A DNA stretch of 64,000 bases. Source: Macrostomum hystrix. Taxonomy: Eukaryota > Animalia > Platyhelminthes. Each line of letters starts with the position of its first letter. The first letter of the stretch is position 1. The DNA lies in the NCBI GenBank assembly GCA_950097015.1, contig CATNEN010000001.1, forward strand, positions 12,772,001 through 12,836,000. The letters run 5' to 3'. Positions 46,741 through 58,710 of the stretch are shown here, in pieces. A program made the position numbers and the translations under genes. The notes beneath the pieces are model-generated. The model was not told the origin of the DNA. It saw nothing but the letters and a program-made list of their open reading frames with translations, and searched no databases.

Positions 46741-47117
46741 CCGACCCCACTGCCACCTGAGCGTGACCCTCCATGACCCGCAGCTTCGTGGCAGCTCTAC
46801 AGTCTTTCCAAAGCTTCTTCGTTCCATCGCAACCGCCCTCCAGATGCAGCAGTTGGCCTTGAACCAGCACAGTCCAGTCAATGTCCGAGTCAGCCGCTGT
46901 CCTGCCGTTCACTTGCACCAGACTGTTGGCCCAGCCCTCTGCGTAGCTGCCTGTCATCTGCATCTGCGAGTTCTGAGTGAGGACTCGAGCGACTCCTTGC
47001 AGCCAGTCAGCCATTCTCTGCTGACACTTCGCTCTCTCCTGAGTGAATCCCGCCTTGTTGAGCAGTCGGTGCAGTTCCTCACTGAGCTGCCTGTCCCGCT
47101 GTGAGTCGTCACTGAGC
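46741..47117 (-). pseudogene. Gene E exon 2: cGLR NTase exon, intact but orphaned from exon 1
   Basis: 377 nt with intact splice sites (AG at 47119-47118, GT at 46740-46739) and intact TGSYAEG...SDIDW. The upstream donor is lost. Confidence 0.7.
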
Positions 47118-48821
47118 CTGGAATGATAGGGAATTCAGTGAGCTGATCGATTGTACACCTGCACAGACTGGCGTATCAAGCTCGATCATCAGCTGAAGCG
47201 CAAAGCAGAATCGCTAAAAGAATCAGCAACTTACGCAACCAAGCGGGTTAAGCGTCCGGCCGCCTCCTTAGCCCTCGATTCCCTGAAAATTTCAGAAACA
47301 CAGGCAAAAAATTCTCAACCGTGACCAGAATTAAAGCAATGACCCGAAAATGGAGGAAAACGTAAATGAAAGAACTTAGTTAGAATTCTCACTTAGAATT
47401 CTTTTGTTGTCATTTTCAACTCGAAAATAATGTATAACGCTGTGTAACGCTGTAAGGAATAAAGTACTCATACTCGTATTAGTTAAAGTGAAATGGTTGG
47501 GAGTTTTTGAAACCAGTGACCTGCCCTCATGAAGGATGGGAGTGTGGGAACGGGCGATAGAGTCGATGGTCTATTCGCCTAGCTGCTCGCGAGATGTCGC
47601 TGAGAGAAGGGGGAGGATGAGGAGGTTCAAAGGCCGCAAAGAGTGGTCCTATCGGCCTCAGGCTGGCCAGTCCCACTCGTCCCATAGGCCACAGGCATGA
47701 CTGCCGTGCCTACCCCAAGCAATGCTCGAATCCGGCAAAAGGTCTAAGGGGGCTTCGGATTGTCCGGAATCGGACAAGACAGGGCTCAGCAGCCTACTGT
47801 CGTCAGTAGTGCGATACGCAACTGACTCCTAGCTTCGGTAGCGGTGGTCGAATCGGCTTAGGCTCTTGTCACAGAACTGCGGAAAGGCTATCGGCAAAGC
47901 AGAAAGATGATCTAGGGTAGCGCAACCACCCAATGCGCCTACGTTGCCACCGCAGGCATTTGGGAACTTGGGTCCCCGGAGTACACAGCTCCTAGTTTAT
48001 CACGCAGATAAAGACAAGCCGAAAAATGAGCAAACTGCAACTTCCGTTTTAGACTGGGGTGAGAGCCCCAGAATGGATCGAGACACGCCTCAAAAGGGGA
48101 TTCCTGAATTCGCGCTACAGGGGTCTAGAAAGGTGGTACTAAGAACTTGAATGAGAATCCGTAGCCAGAATCCTACTCATAGCACATCAGACACATTTTA
48201 TACATTAGACTGTAGCCTACGCATTCAGTAACTAACAAATCTGAATCCGTGTGAGTTGAGGAGATCAGAGGCTGGAGAGATTATGCAGAACAACTGGCTG
48301 AATGATTACGCAAGCAGAGAGTAAGTTGATCACCCCTCTCGCTCGCCGCAGTTGCGAGAGGAGGGGAAAAGAAGGGGAATTCCATTGACAGGGGAGGTTG
48401 ACACGCACATTTGAGTCTGCCAGAGAGTAAGGAAAACCGGCCAAGGAATCCCGCACCCTTAGAGGAAATGTACACGCTACACTCCGCATTTTACTCGCAA
48501 ATCCCTAGCTCCTTGTTTCTCTCATGCGCGCTTACAGTTGCCTTCCTGCCGCAGCCTTCTAGCTCGGCCTCGCCAGAGCCCACCCCCTAATAAATTAGCC
48601 ACTCATGTCTGAGGGCTGCCGAAGAGAGAAAATAATTAGGAAAACGACAAAGGAGAGATTTAAATTGTACTAAAATAATAGGCCCAATAAATTAGTAAAG
48701 GCTGTAATTTCACGTTTATTAGGCTGATCAATCCCTAGGCCCGTGCCCGTTATTCCGCCGCCTAGCTGAAAGAATGTCCCTTAGGAATAACAATTAAAAG
48801 CCGCTGCGCGGGGTACTTTGA

Positions 48822-51470
48822 CTACTCAGCATCTGTCCCCAAGAAAAATTTGACCACTTCCAACTGACCACTTCTTGCAGCCTCCTTGCAGCACTGATCT
48901 CTCAGTATTTTGTCAGCAATCGTCGGCACCAAAAATTTGACCACTTCTAACTGACCCTTCCGTGCAGCAGATTCCACAGCCTCCTTGCAGCACTGATCTC
49001 TCAGTGTTTGTTCAGCAATTGTCGGCACCAAAAATTTGACCACTTCCCACTGACCTAATCTTGCAGCAGATTCCGCAGCCTCCTTGCAGCACTGATCTCT
49101 CAGTGGTTGGTCAGCAATTGTCGGCACCAAAAATTTGACCACTTCTAACTGACCCTCACTTGCAGCAGATTCCGCAGCCTTCTTGCAGCACTGATCTCTC
49201 AGTATTTTGTCAGCAATCGTCGGCACCAAAAATTTGACCACTTCCAAATGACCCTTTCTTGCAGCGGATTCCGCAGCCTTCTTGCAGCACTGATCTCTCA
49301 GTATTTTGTCAGCAATTGTCGGCACCAAAAATTTGACCACTTCCCACTGACCTAATCTTGCAGCAGATTCCGCAGCCTCCTTGCAGCACTGATCTCTCAG
49401 TGGTTGGTCAGCAATTGTCGGCACCAAAAATTTGACCACTTCTAACTGACCCTCACTTGCAGCAGATTCCGCAGCCTTCTTGCAGCACTGATCTCTCAGT
49501 ATTTTGTCAGCAATCGTCGGCACCAAAAATTTGACCACTTCCAAATGACCCTCGATTGCAGCAGATTTCACAGCCTCCTTGCAGCACTGATCTCTCAGTG
49601 TTTGTTCAGCAATTGTCGGCACCAAAAATTTGACCACTTCCCACTGACCTAATCTTGCAGCAGATTCCGCAGCCTCCTTGCAGCACTGATCTCTCAGTGG
49701 TTGGTCAGCAATTGTCGGCACCAAAAATTTGACCACTTCTAACTGACCCTCACTTGCAGCAGATTCCGCAGCCTTCTTGCAGCACTGATCTCTCAGTATT
49801 TTGTCAGCAATCGTCGGCACCAAAAATTTGACCACTTCCAAATGACCCTCGATTGCAGCAGATTTCACAGCCTCCTTGCAGCACTGATCTCTCAGTGTTT
49901 GTTCAGCAATTGTCGGCACCAAAAATTTGACCACTTCCCACTGACCTAATCTTGCAGCAGATTCCGCAGCCTCCTTGCAGCACTGATCTCTCAGTATTTT
50001 GTCAGCAATTGTCGGCACCAAAAATTTGACCACTTCTAACTGACCCTTCCTTGCAGCAGATTCCGCAGCCTCCTTGCAGCACTGATCTCTCAGTATTTTG
50101 TCAGCAATTGTCGGCACCAAAAATTTGACCACTTCCCACTGACCATTGATTGCAGCAGATGCCGCAGCCTCCTTGCAGCACTGATCTCTCAGTATTTTGT
50201 CAGCAATTGTCGGCACCAAAAATTTGACCACTTCTAACTGACCCTTCCTTGCAGCAGATTCCGCAGCCTCCTTGCAGCACTGATCTCTCAGTGTTTGGTC
50301 AGCAATTGTCGGCACCAAAAATTTGACCACTTCCCACTGACCATTGATTGCAGCAGATGCCGCAGCCTTCTTGCAGCACTGATCTCTCAGTTTTTCATCA
50401 GCAATTGTCGGCACCAAAAATTTGACCACTTCTAACTGACCCTTCCATGCAGCAGATGCCGCAGCCTTCTTGCAGCACTGATCTCTCAGTTTTTCATCAG
50501 CAATTGTCGGCACCAAAAATTTGACCACTTCTAACTGACCCTTCCTTGCAGCAGATTCCGCAGCCTCCTTGCAGCACTGATCTCTCAGTGTTTGGTCAGC
50601 AATAGTCGGCACCAAAAATTTGACCACTTCCCACTGACCATTGATTGCAGCAGATGCCGCAGCCTTCTTGCAGCACTGATCTCTCAGTTTTTCATCAGCA
50701 ATTGTCGGCACCAAAAATTTGACCACTTCTAACTGACCCTTCCTTGCAGCAGATTCCGCAGCCTCCTTGCAGCACTGATCTCTCAGTGTTTGGTCAGCAA
50801 TTGTCGGCACCAAAAATTTGACCACTTCCCACTGACCATTGATTGCAGCAGATGCCGCAGCCTCCTTGCAGCACTGATCTCTCAGTTTTTCATCAGCAAT
50901 TGTCGGCACCAAAAATTTGTCCACTTCCCACTGACTATTCCATGCAGCATATTCCGCAGCCTTCTCGCAGCACTGATCTCTCAGTGTTTGGTCAGCAATT
51001 GTCGGCACCAAAAATTTGACCACTTCCCACTGACTATTCCATGCAGCAGATTCCGCAGCCTTCTTGCAGCACTGATCTCTCAGTTTTTCATCAGCAATTG
51101 TCGGCACCAAAAATTTGACCACTTCTAACTGACCCTTCCTTGCAGCAGATTCCGCAGCCTTCTTGCAGCACTGATCTCTCAGTATTTTGTCAGCAATTGT
51201 CGGCACCAAAAATTTGACCACTTCTAACTGACCCTTCCTTGCAGCAGATTCCGCAGCCTCCTTGCAGCACTGATCTCTCAGTGTTTGGTCCGCAACTGTC
51301 TGCACCAGAAGTTTCACAATTTCCCAGTGACGGTGATTCGCAGCAAGACGCCAATGCACTTCACACAGTCCATCTCTTCTGGAGCTGCTTTTGATTGATT
51401 TTAAGTGATTTCGAACTTCGGTTTCCAGCCCCTCTACTACAGCTCGCTCAAAGCTAATTTTCTGACCCAT
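48822..51470 (-). CDS. Gene E exon 1, truncated: stand-alone 882-aa ORF of 25 variable ankyrin-like repeats (canonical ANK part and splice donor deleted)
   Basis: Uninterrupted ORF ending ..FFLGTDAE* at a deletion junction (~48820-48825) that joins directly to intron-1 sequence. Confidence 0.8.
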   Translation of the reverse strand: MGQKISFERAVVEGLETEVRNHLKSIKSSSRRDGLCEVHWRLAANHRHWEIVKLLVQTVADQTLRDQCCKEAAESAARKGQLEVVKFLVPTIADKILRDQCCKKAAESAARKGQLEVVKFLVPTIADEKLRDQCCKKAAESAAWNSQWEVVKFLVPTIADQTLRDQCCEKAAEYAAWNSQWEVDKFLVPTIADEKLRDQCCKEAAASAAINGQWEVVKFLVPTIADQTLRDQCCKEAAESAARKGQLEVVKFLVPTIADEKLRDQCCKKAAASAAINGQWEVVKFLVPTIADQTLRDQCCKEAAESAARKGQLEVVKFLVPTIADEKLRDQCCKKAAASAAWKGQLEVVKFLVPTIADEKLRDQCCKKAAASAAINGQWEVVKFLVPTIADQTLRDQCCKEAAESAARKGQLEVVKFLVPTIADKILRDQCCKEAAASAAINGQWEVVKFLVPTIADKILRDQCCKEAAESAARKGQLEVVKFLVPTIADKILRDQCCKEAAESAARLGQWEVVKFLVPTIAEQTLRDQCCKEAVKSAAIEGHLEVVKFLVPTIADKILRDQCCKKAAESAASEGQLEVVKFLVPTIADQPLRDQCCKEAAESAARLGQWEVVKFLVPTIAEQTLRDQCCKEAVKSAAIEGHLEVVKFLVPTIADKILRDQCCKKAAESAASEGQLEVVKFLVPTIADQPLRDQCCKEAAESAARLGQWEVVKFLVPTIADKILRDQCCKKAAESAARKGHLEVVKFLVPTIADKILRDQCCKKAAESAASEGQLEVVKFLVPTIADQPLRDQCCKEAAESAARLGQWEVVKFLVPTIAEQTLRDQCCKEAVESAARKGQLEVVKFLVPTIADKILRDQCCKEAARSGQLEVVKFFLGTDAE

Positions 51471-51785
51471 TTGTATGTTGCTTGGAGTTTTTGGAAACCT
51501 TCTTGACTTTCTTGATCTCTGAAAGTTTGATAAAAAAAACTAATTAAAAAGGTCATAAAAATTATCATGTCTTCGCATGCCCTAAAGCGCATAAATTTTG
51601 TCTTTCTAAGAGTTTCAATTGGTTGGGGCTGGGAATTACATAACAAATTTTTTCTTTACCTCGAGAAAAACTAAACACAACCATTAAGTTCTTTTGTGGC
51701 GCACTTTCCCGCCGTGAATATATGGCAAATGAGAAGTGCAGTACGAATATTCTGCCCACATGTACTTAAATTCTGGGAATTTCTA

Positions 51786-52159
51786 GCTGTGGATGGGATC
51801 AGCTGTGGATGGGATCAGCTGTTGATGGGATCAGCTGTGGATGGGATCAGCTGTGGATGGGATCAGCTGAGGATGGGATCAGCTGTGGATGGGATCAGCT
51901 TTTGATGGGATCAGCTGTGGATGGGATCAGCTGTGGATGGGATCAGCTGAGGATGGGATCAGCTGTGGATGGGATCAGCTGTTGATGGGATCAGCTGTGG
52001 ATGGGATCAGCTGTGGATGGGATCAGCTGAGGATGGGATCAGCTGTGGATGGGATCAGCTTTTGATGGGATCAGCTGTGGATGGGATCAGCTGTGGATGG
52101 GATCAGCTGTGGATGGGATCAGCTGAGGATGGGATCAGCTGTGGATGGGATCAGCTGTG
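51786..52159. repeat. 16-bp minisatellite upstream of gene E
   Basis: Direct reading of the sequence. Confidence 0.95.
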
Positions 52160-52822
52160 ACCCCCCTCCCGAGTTAGAGCTTGTCTTGCATGGGAGCCAA
52201 TTCAACTAGCGCTGATTCGTGTACACCTAGCGGGCTGCAACCCCTAAACCCCATTGTCAGAAACGATCAGAAATACTCGAGTTACTGACAAGTTCCCCTT
52301 CTGAAGAGGGTTGGAAATCACCAACATTATCAGAGCTTGTAATTCGCAGTGACTCACGGCTCCCAAGCAGCTCACGGCAGCGGTACGAAGCTCGCTGTCG
52401 CCTCACGGTTGATGGAAGAAGCTGGTGATGGGATTGGCTGAAAATGATGTTGAAAACAGGGAATGAAATTTTAAGAGAATAGGTTGTGCAGTGGAGATGA
52501 AGTGGAATATTGGAGTGAAACAGTTTAGGGACAATGTAATGACAATAATGACCTTAATTTATTAAAATTTACTCAGCTGATTGAAAAAAATATATAGAAG
52601 ATATGCAGGAGATGAGATCTGTCATAGGTGGGGTTGAATAGACATCGGATCACTATAAAATCCCATCCTATACCTATTCCAGTGAATTCATAGCTTGTTT
52701 ATTTCGTGGCTAGAGTTGTTGGCGTGAGATACGATACGTATGAGACACGATTTAGCAAGGATAAAATATGAACAAAGTGACTCGCTGCTCACCTAGCAGC
52801 TCACGGCCAGCGGCAGAGTTCG

Positions 52823-53041
52823 TCAGGAGTGCTCAAGCTGTCAGGAGTGCTCAAGCTGTCAGGAGTGCTCAAGCTGTCAGGTGTGCTCAAGCTGTCAGGA
52901 GTGCTCAAGCTGTCAGGAGTGCTCAAGCTGTCAGGAGTGCTCAAGCTGTCAGGAGTGCTCAAGCTGTCAGGAGTGCTCAAGCTGTCATGAGTGCTCAAGC
53001 TGTCAGGAGTGCTCAAGCTGTCAGGATTGCTCAAGCTGTCA
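52823..53041. repeat. 18-bp repeat (GTGCTCAAGCTGTCAGGA)n
   Basis: Direct reading of the sequence. Confidence 0.9.
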
Positions 53042-53439
53042 ATTTCCGCAAGCCTCAAGCAAAGATTCAAAGAAAGCTCTGGTGTGATTTTACGATTTAG
53101 TTGTTTATGTTATTTATGTGTTTATGTGCTCGCTCGGCCTTAGCAACCAGACCACTCAAACTCAGATATGAGTACTCAGATATATCTCTGCACTGAAGGT
53201 GAGATGGACAGAGAAGAGGCTATTGTGCTCAGAGATGCTGCAGCCCCCTTCCTCCGGCGGTGTGAGCTGAGCGCACTGCTCCAGACTGTCATGGGTTGAG
53301 CTGAGTCAGGTATGGAGAGAGAGGGACAGCACTCACACAATGGCCGAGAGAAAATTGAGCACATTTTGAGCATACCCCCTGCGGCCATGGAGATGGACTA
53401 AGCAACGCGTAGTAAATAATTTATAGTTAGATGGTTCGA

Positions 53440-54070
53440 GGGGCGGTTGGAGGGCGGACAGGGGCGGAAAGTAGGAGGGGCGGATAGTAGGAGGGCGGAG
53501 AGTATGAGGGGCTGATAGTAGGAGGGGCGGATAGTAGGAGGGGCGGATAGTTGGAGGGGCGGATAGTTGGAGGGGCGGATAGTAGGAGTGGCGGATAGTA
53601 GGAGGGGCGGATAGTTGGAGGGGCGGATAGTAGGAGTGGCGGATAGTAGGAGGGGCGGATAGTTGGAGGGGCGGATAGTTGGAGGGGCGGATAGTAGGAG
53701 GGGCGGGTAGTTGGAGGGGCGGATAGTTGGAGGGGCGGATAGTAGGAGTGGCGGATAGTAGGAGGGGCGGATAGTAGGAGGGGCGGATAGTAGGAGTGGC
53801 GGATAGTAGGAGGGGCGGATAGTAGGAGGGGCGGATAGTAGGAGTGGCGGATAGTAGGAGGGGCGGATAGTAGGAGTGGCGGATAGTAGGAGGGGCGGAT
53901 AGTTGGAGGGGCGGATAGTTGGAGGGGCGGATAGTAGGAGGGGCGGATAGTAGGAGGAGTGGATAGTTGGAGGAGTGGATAGTAGGAGGGGCGGATAGTA
54001 GGAGGGGCGGATAGTAGGAGGAGCGGATAGTTGGAGGGGCGGATAGTAGGAGGGGCGGATAGTAGGACGG
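53440..54070. repeat. 16-bp G-rich minisatellite (GGAGGGGCGGATAGTA)n
   Basis: Direct reading of the sequence. Confidence 0.93.
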
Positions 54071-54659
54071 GCTTTTGGAGTGGCGGACATGGGCGGAGGC
54101 CAAAAAGAAGCAATAAATATTAAGAAAGTATATTACAAACAACAGAGGTGCCCATCCACATTGATAATAAAGCAGCTGCAGTTGACGCCCTTGAGGGCCA
54201 ACCTCCAAGGCACAGTGAGAGTGTACACTGCCTGACGATCAGAAAGACAGAGAAGATGTACACTTGGGTGCTCAGAATTCGGAATGGGTCCTCGCTGGCT
54301 GCTTATCTACAATCTGTGTCCTGGCATGAGCAGGTCTCAAAACTTCTAACTTTAATACCACTCCCATTATATTTATACGAAAAATTTCCCTGCCTCTACC
54401 TCTCCAGGTGGTCCCTTCTTGGAAAGTCTCCCTGAAAACTCCAGGTCTGTCTCTCTGTCTCTTCGTCTCTCTCTCACTTCCTCACTCGCCCCTCTCCCTC
54501 TAAATCTCACTTAAAAAAATTATTCCAGTTTTCTCCAGACTCTTTTGCGCTAGACTCAATCCTCTACTCACAGTAGACTCACAAGCAATTGTGAGTAGAG
54601 TGCACTCTAGTGGGAGAGAACGACTCAAAATTCATTTGCGCCAGACTTCTGATTGTGTG

Positions 54660-55190
54660 AAATCCCAGCCTGTCAAATTGGGGATCACACAGAATCCCAG
54701 CCTGTCAAATTGGGGATCACACAGAATCTCAGCCTGTCAAATTGGGGATCACACAGAATCTCAGCCTGTCAAATTGGGGATCACACAGAATCTCAGCCTG
54801 TCAAATTGGGGATCACACAGAATCTCAGCCTGTCAAATTGGGGATCACACAGAATCCCAGCCTGTCAATTTAGGGATAAATACAGAATCTCATCCTGTCA
54901 ATTTAGGGATAAATACAGAATCTCATCCTGTCAATTTAGGGATAAATACAGAATCTCATCCTGTCAATTTAGGGATAAATACAGAATCTCATCCTGTCAA
55001 TATAGGGATAAATACAGAATCTCATCCTGTCAATTTAGGGATAAATACAGGATCTTATCCTGTCAATTTAGGGATAAATACAGAATCTCATCCTGTCAAT
55101 TTAGGGATAAATACTGAATCTCATCCTGTCAATTTAGGGATAAATACAGAATCTTATCTAGTCAATTTAGGGATAAATACAGAATCTCAC
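54660..55190. repeat. Compound minisatellite: 32-bp unit changing to a related 33-bp unit
   Basis: CAGCCTGTCAAATTGGGGATCACACAGAATCT, then CATCCTGTCAATTTAGGGATAAATACAGAATCT. Confidence 0.92.
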
Positions 55191-55841
55191 CCGTTTTTGT
55201 GTCAGCAGTTCTATTAGGCACGCATAGAAAGGCATAACTCAGTGTCGCATGCTTGGCTATTGTCGCATGCAGTGGCAAAGAGCGTCATCAGTTGATGAAT
55301 AATGGATGAAGGAGAAGCCGATGTGACAGAAAATGCACTTGAATGCGGATGCCTATCTCAATTGAGAAAGCATCTATTGATGACAATGGCTTATTTTGGT
55401 AAAAACAAATTTTACATTTGCTAAGGATGCAGCCATGGTTCTGCTGCAATTCTTAGACTGTTGTCAGAAAAGTTACGAAAACTGTCCATCACTGGCAGAC
55501 AGTGCACACCACTTCCATCTGAACACACCAGCTGTTCCTTAAACAGATGCTTTTGTCGGATTAACTTCTCAAGCTCTGCATTCTGATTTTGTTATTGATT
55601 CTGCCTTACAAATGAAAATATTTGCTCTGTTTTGTTATCCTCTTCATCTGTGGAATTCAAATTGCCCGATTCATCATTCCAGCCTGTCGTTTCTAAGTTT
55701 AACTGCTTTCAGCAGGCAAATTGTTGCGGGAATTTTAACTTTGTGAGAATTTGGGAGAGAAAATGAAAAGGCTTCAGAAAGCCTTCGGGATTTTGAAGAC
55801 AAAGTGTGGGGATTTTATTTTAATTTATCAGTATTATAAGC

Positions 55842-58258
55842 TATCTACTCTCTCTTCCTCCCTCGCTCGACCCTCTCTCTCCGCCCTCCTTCCACCCTCT
55901 CTCTACCCTCCTTCCAACCTCTCTCCATCCTCCTTCCACCCTCTCTCCACCCTCCTTCCACCCTCTCTCTACTCTCTCTCTACCCTCTTTCTACCTTCTC
56001 TCTACCCTCTCTCTACCCTCTGTCTACCCTCTCTACTCTCTTTCTACCTTCTCTCTACCCTCTCTCCACCCTCTCTCCACCCTCTCTCCACCCTCTCTCC
56101 ACCTTCTCTCTACCATCTCTCTACCCTCTTTCTACCCTCTCTTTACCCTCTCTCCTACCTCTCTCTACCCTCTGTCTACCCTCTCTCCACCCTCTCTCTA
56201 CCTTCTCTCCACCCTCTCTCTACCCTCTCTCCACCCTCTCTCCACTCCCTCTCCACCCTCTCTCCACCCTCTCTCTACCCTCTCTCTACCCTCTGTCTAC
56301 CATCTCTCCACCCTCTCTCTACCTTCTCTCCACCCTCTCTCTACCCTCTGTCTACCTTCTCTCCACCCTCTCTCTACCCTCTGTCTACCCTCCGTCAACC
56401 ATCTCTCCACCCTCTCTCTACCTTCTCCACCCTCTCTCTACCCTTTCTCCTCCCTCTCTCTACCTTCTCCACCCTCTCTCTACCCTCTCTCCACCCTCTC
56501 TCCACCTTCTCTCCACCTTCTCTCCACCCTCTCTCTACCCTCTCTCCACCCTCTCTCCACCTTCTCTCCACCTTCTCTCCACCCTCTCTCTACCCTCTCT
56601 CCACCCTCTCTCCACCTTCTCTCCACCTTCTCTCCACCCTCTCTCTACCCTCTCTCCACCCTCTCTCCACCTTCTCTCCACCTTCTCTCCACCCTCTCTC
56701 TACCCTCTGTCTACCCTCTCTCCACCCTCTATCTACCTTCTCTCCACCCTCTCTCTACCCTCTCTCCACCCTCTCTCCACTCCCTCTCCACCCTCTCTCT
56801 ACCCTCTCTCCACCCTCTCTCCACTCCCTCTCCACCCTCTCTCCACCCTCTCTCTACCCTCTCTCTACCCTCTGTCTACCATCTCTCCACCCTCTCTCTA
56901 CCTTCTCTCCACCCTCTCTCTACCCTCTGTCTACCCTCTCTACTCTCTTTCTACCTTCTCTCTACCCTCTCTCCACCCTCTCTCCACCCTCTCTCCACCC
57001 TCTCTCCACCTTCTCTCTACCATCTCTCTACCCTCTTTCTACCCTCTCTTTACCCTCTCTCCTACCTCTCTCTACCCTCTGTCTACCCTCTCTCCACCCT
57101 CTCTCTACCTTCTCTCCACCCTCTCTCTACCCTCTCTCCACCCTCTCTCCACTCCCTCTCCACCCTCTCTCCACCCTCTCTCTACCCTCTCTCTACCCTC
57201 TGTCTACCATCTCTCCACCCTCTCTCTACCTTCTCTCCACCCTCTCTCTACCCTCTGTCTACCTTCTCTCCACCCTCTCTCTACCCTCTGTCTACCCTCC
57301 GTCAACCATCTCTCCACCCTCTCTCTACCTTCTCCACCCTCTCTCTACCCTTTCTCCACCCTCTCTCTACCTTCTCCACCCTCTCTCTACCCTCTCTCCA
57401 CCCTCTCTCCACCTTCTCTCCACCTTCTCTCCACCCTCTCTCTACCCTCTCTCCACCCTCTCTCCACCTTCTCTCCACCTTCTCTCCACCCTCTCTCTAC
57501 CCTCTCTCCACCCTCTCTCCACCTTCTCTCCACCTTCTCTCCACCCTCTCTCTACCCTCTCTCCACCCTCTCTCCACCTTCTCTCCACCTTCTCTCCACC
57601 CTCTCTCTACCCTCTGTCTACCCTCTCTCCACCCTCTATCTACCTTCTCTCCACCCTCTCTCTACCCTCTCTCCACCCTCTCTCCACTCCCTCTCCACCC
57701 TCTCTCTACCCTCTCTCCACCCTCTCTCCACTCCCTCTCCACCCTCTCTCCACCCTCTCTCTACCCTCTCTCTACCCTCTGTCTACCATCTCTCCACCCT
57801 CTCTCTACCTTCTCTCCACCCTCTCTCTACCCTCTGTCTACCCTCTCTACACCCTCTCTCCACCCTCTGTCTACCCTCTCTCTACCTTCTGTCTACCTTC
57901 TCTCCACCCTCTCTCTACCCTCTGTCTACCCTCTCTCAACCATCTCTCCACCCTCTCTCTACCTTCTCCACCCTCTCTCTACCTTCTCCACCCTCTCTCT
58001 ACCCTCTCTCCACCCTCTCTCTACCTTCTCCACCCTCTCTCTACCCTCTCTCCACCCTCTCTCCACCTTCTCTCCACCTTCTCTCCACCCTCTCTCTACC
58101 CTCTCTCCACCCTCTCTCTACCTTCTCCACCCTCTCTCTACCCTCTCTCCACCCTCTCTCCACCTTCTCTCCACCTTCTCCACCCTCTCTCTACCCTCTC
58201 TCCACCCTCTCTCTACCTTCTCTCCACTCTCTCTTCACCCTCTTTCTACCCTCGCTCC
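55842..58258. repeat. ~2.4-kb pyrimidine-rich degenerate repeat (about 11-bp CTCTCTC[C/T]ACC unit)
   Basis: Direct reading of the sequence. Confidence 0.93.
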
Positions 58259-58710
58259 TATCACGAAAGTCTATCACGTTTGATTTCAACAAAATGCTAA
58301 AGTGTAAAACCTTGAAGACAAGACATGAAAAAACACTCACTTATTCTGATTAGCCCGTAAAAACTGCAAAGTCTTGCTGATTGGACGCACGTCTGTATGT
58401 ACTTTTATCTAGTTGAAAAGATTCCTACAGATGCCAGATCCCTTCAGCAAGCTGGCATTTTATAGACTAGAGCTGTTTTGTTTAAACAAACTGGAATCGT
58501 TACATTTAGTTCCTTGGTAAATTAATTTGTCTTTGTTAAAGTAGATCATTCTGCAAAACTGCTCACCTAAATATTGCCCGGAGAACTGCTAACAGACCAG
58601 GTAATCAGTATTACACAATTTTCTAGTAACTTTACCTTTCAACAAAAGTTTATATTAGAAAATCAAAATCAAAAGCTGTATGACCCAAAAAGCCAATATG
58701 ACGAACGATT

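Noticed and set aside
55420-55700. Coding-looking minus-strand stretch (..NAELEKLIRQKHLFKEQLVCSDG..)
   Set aside because: It is interrupted by stops, has no recognisable homology and has no clear splice boundaries.
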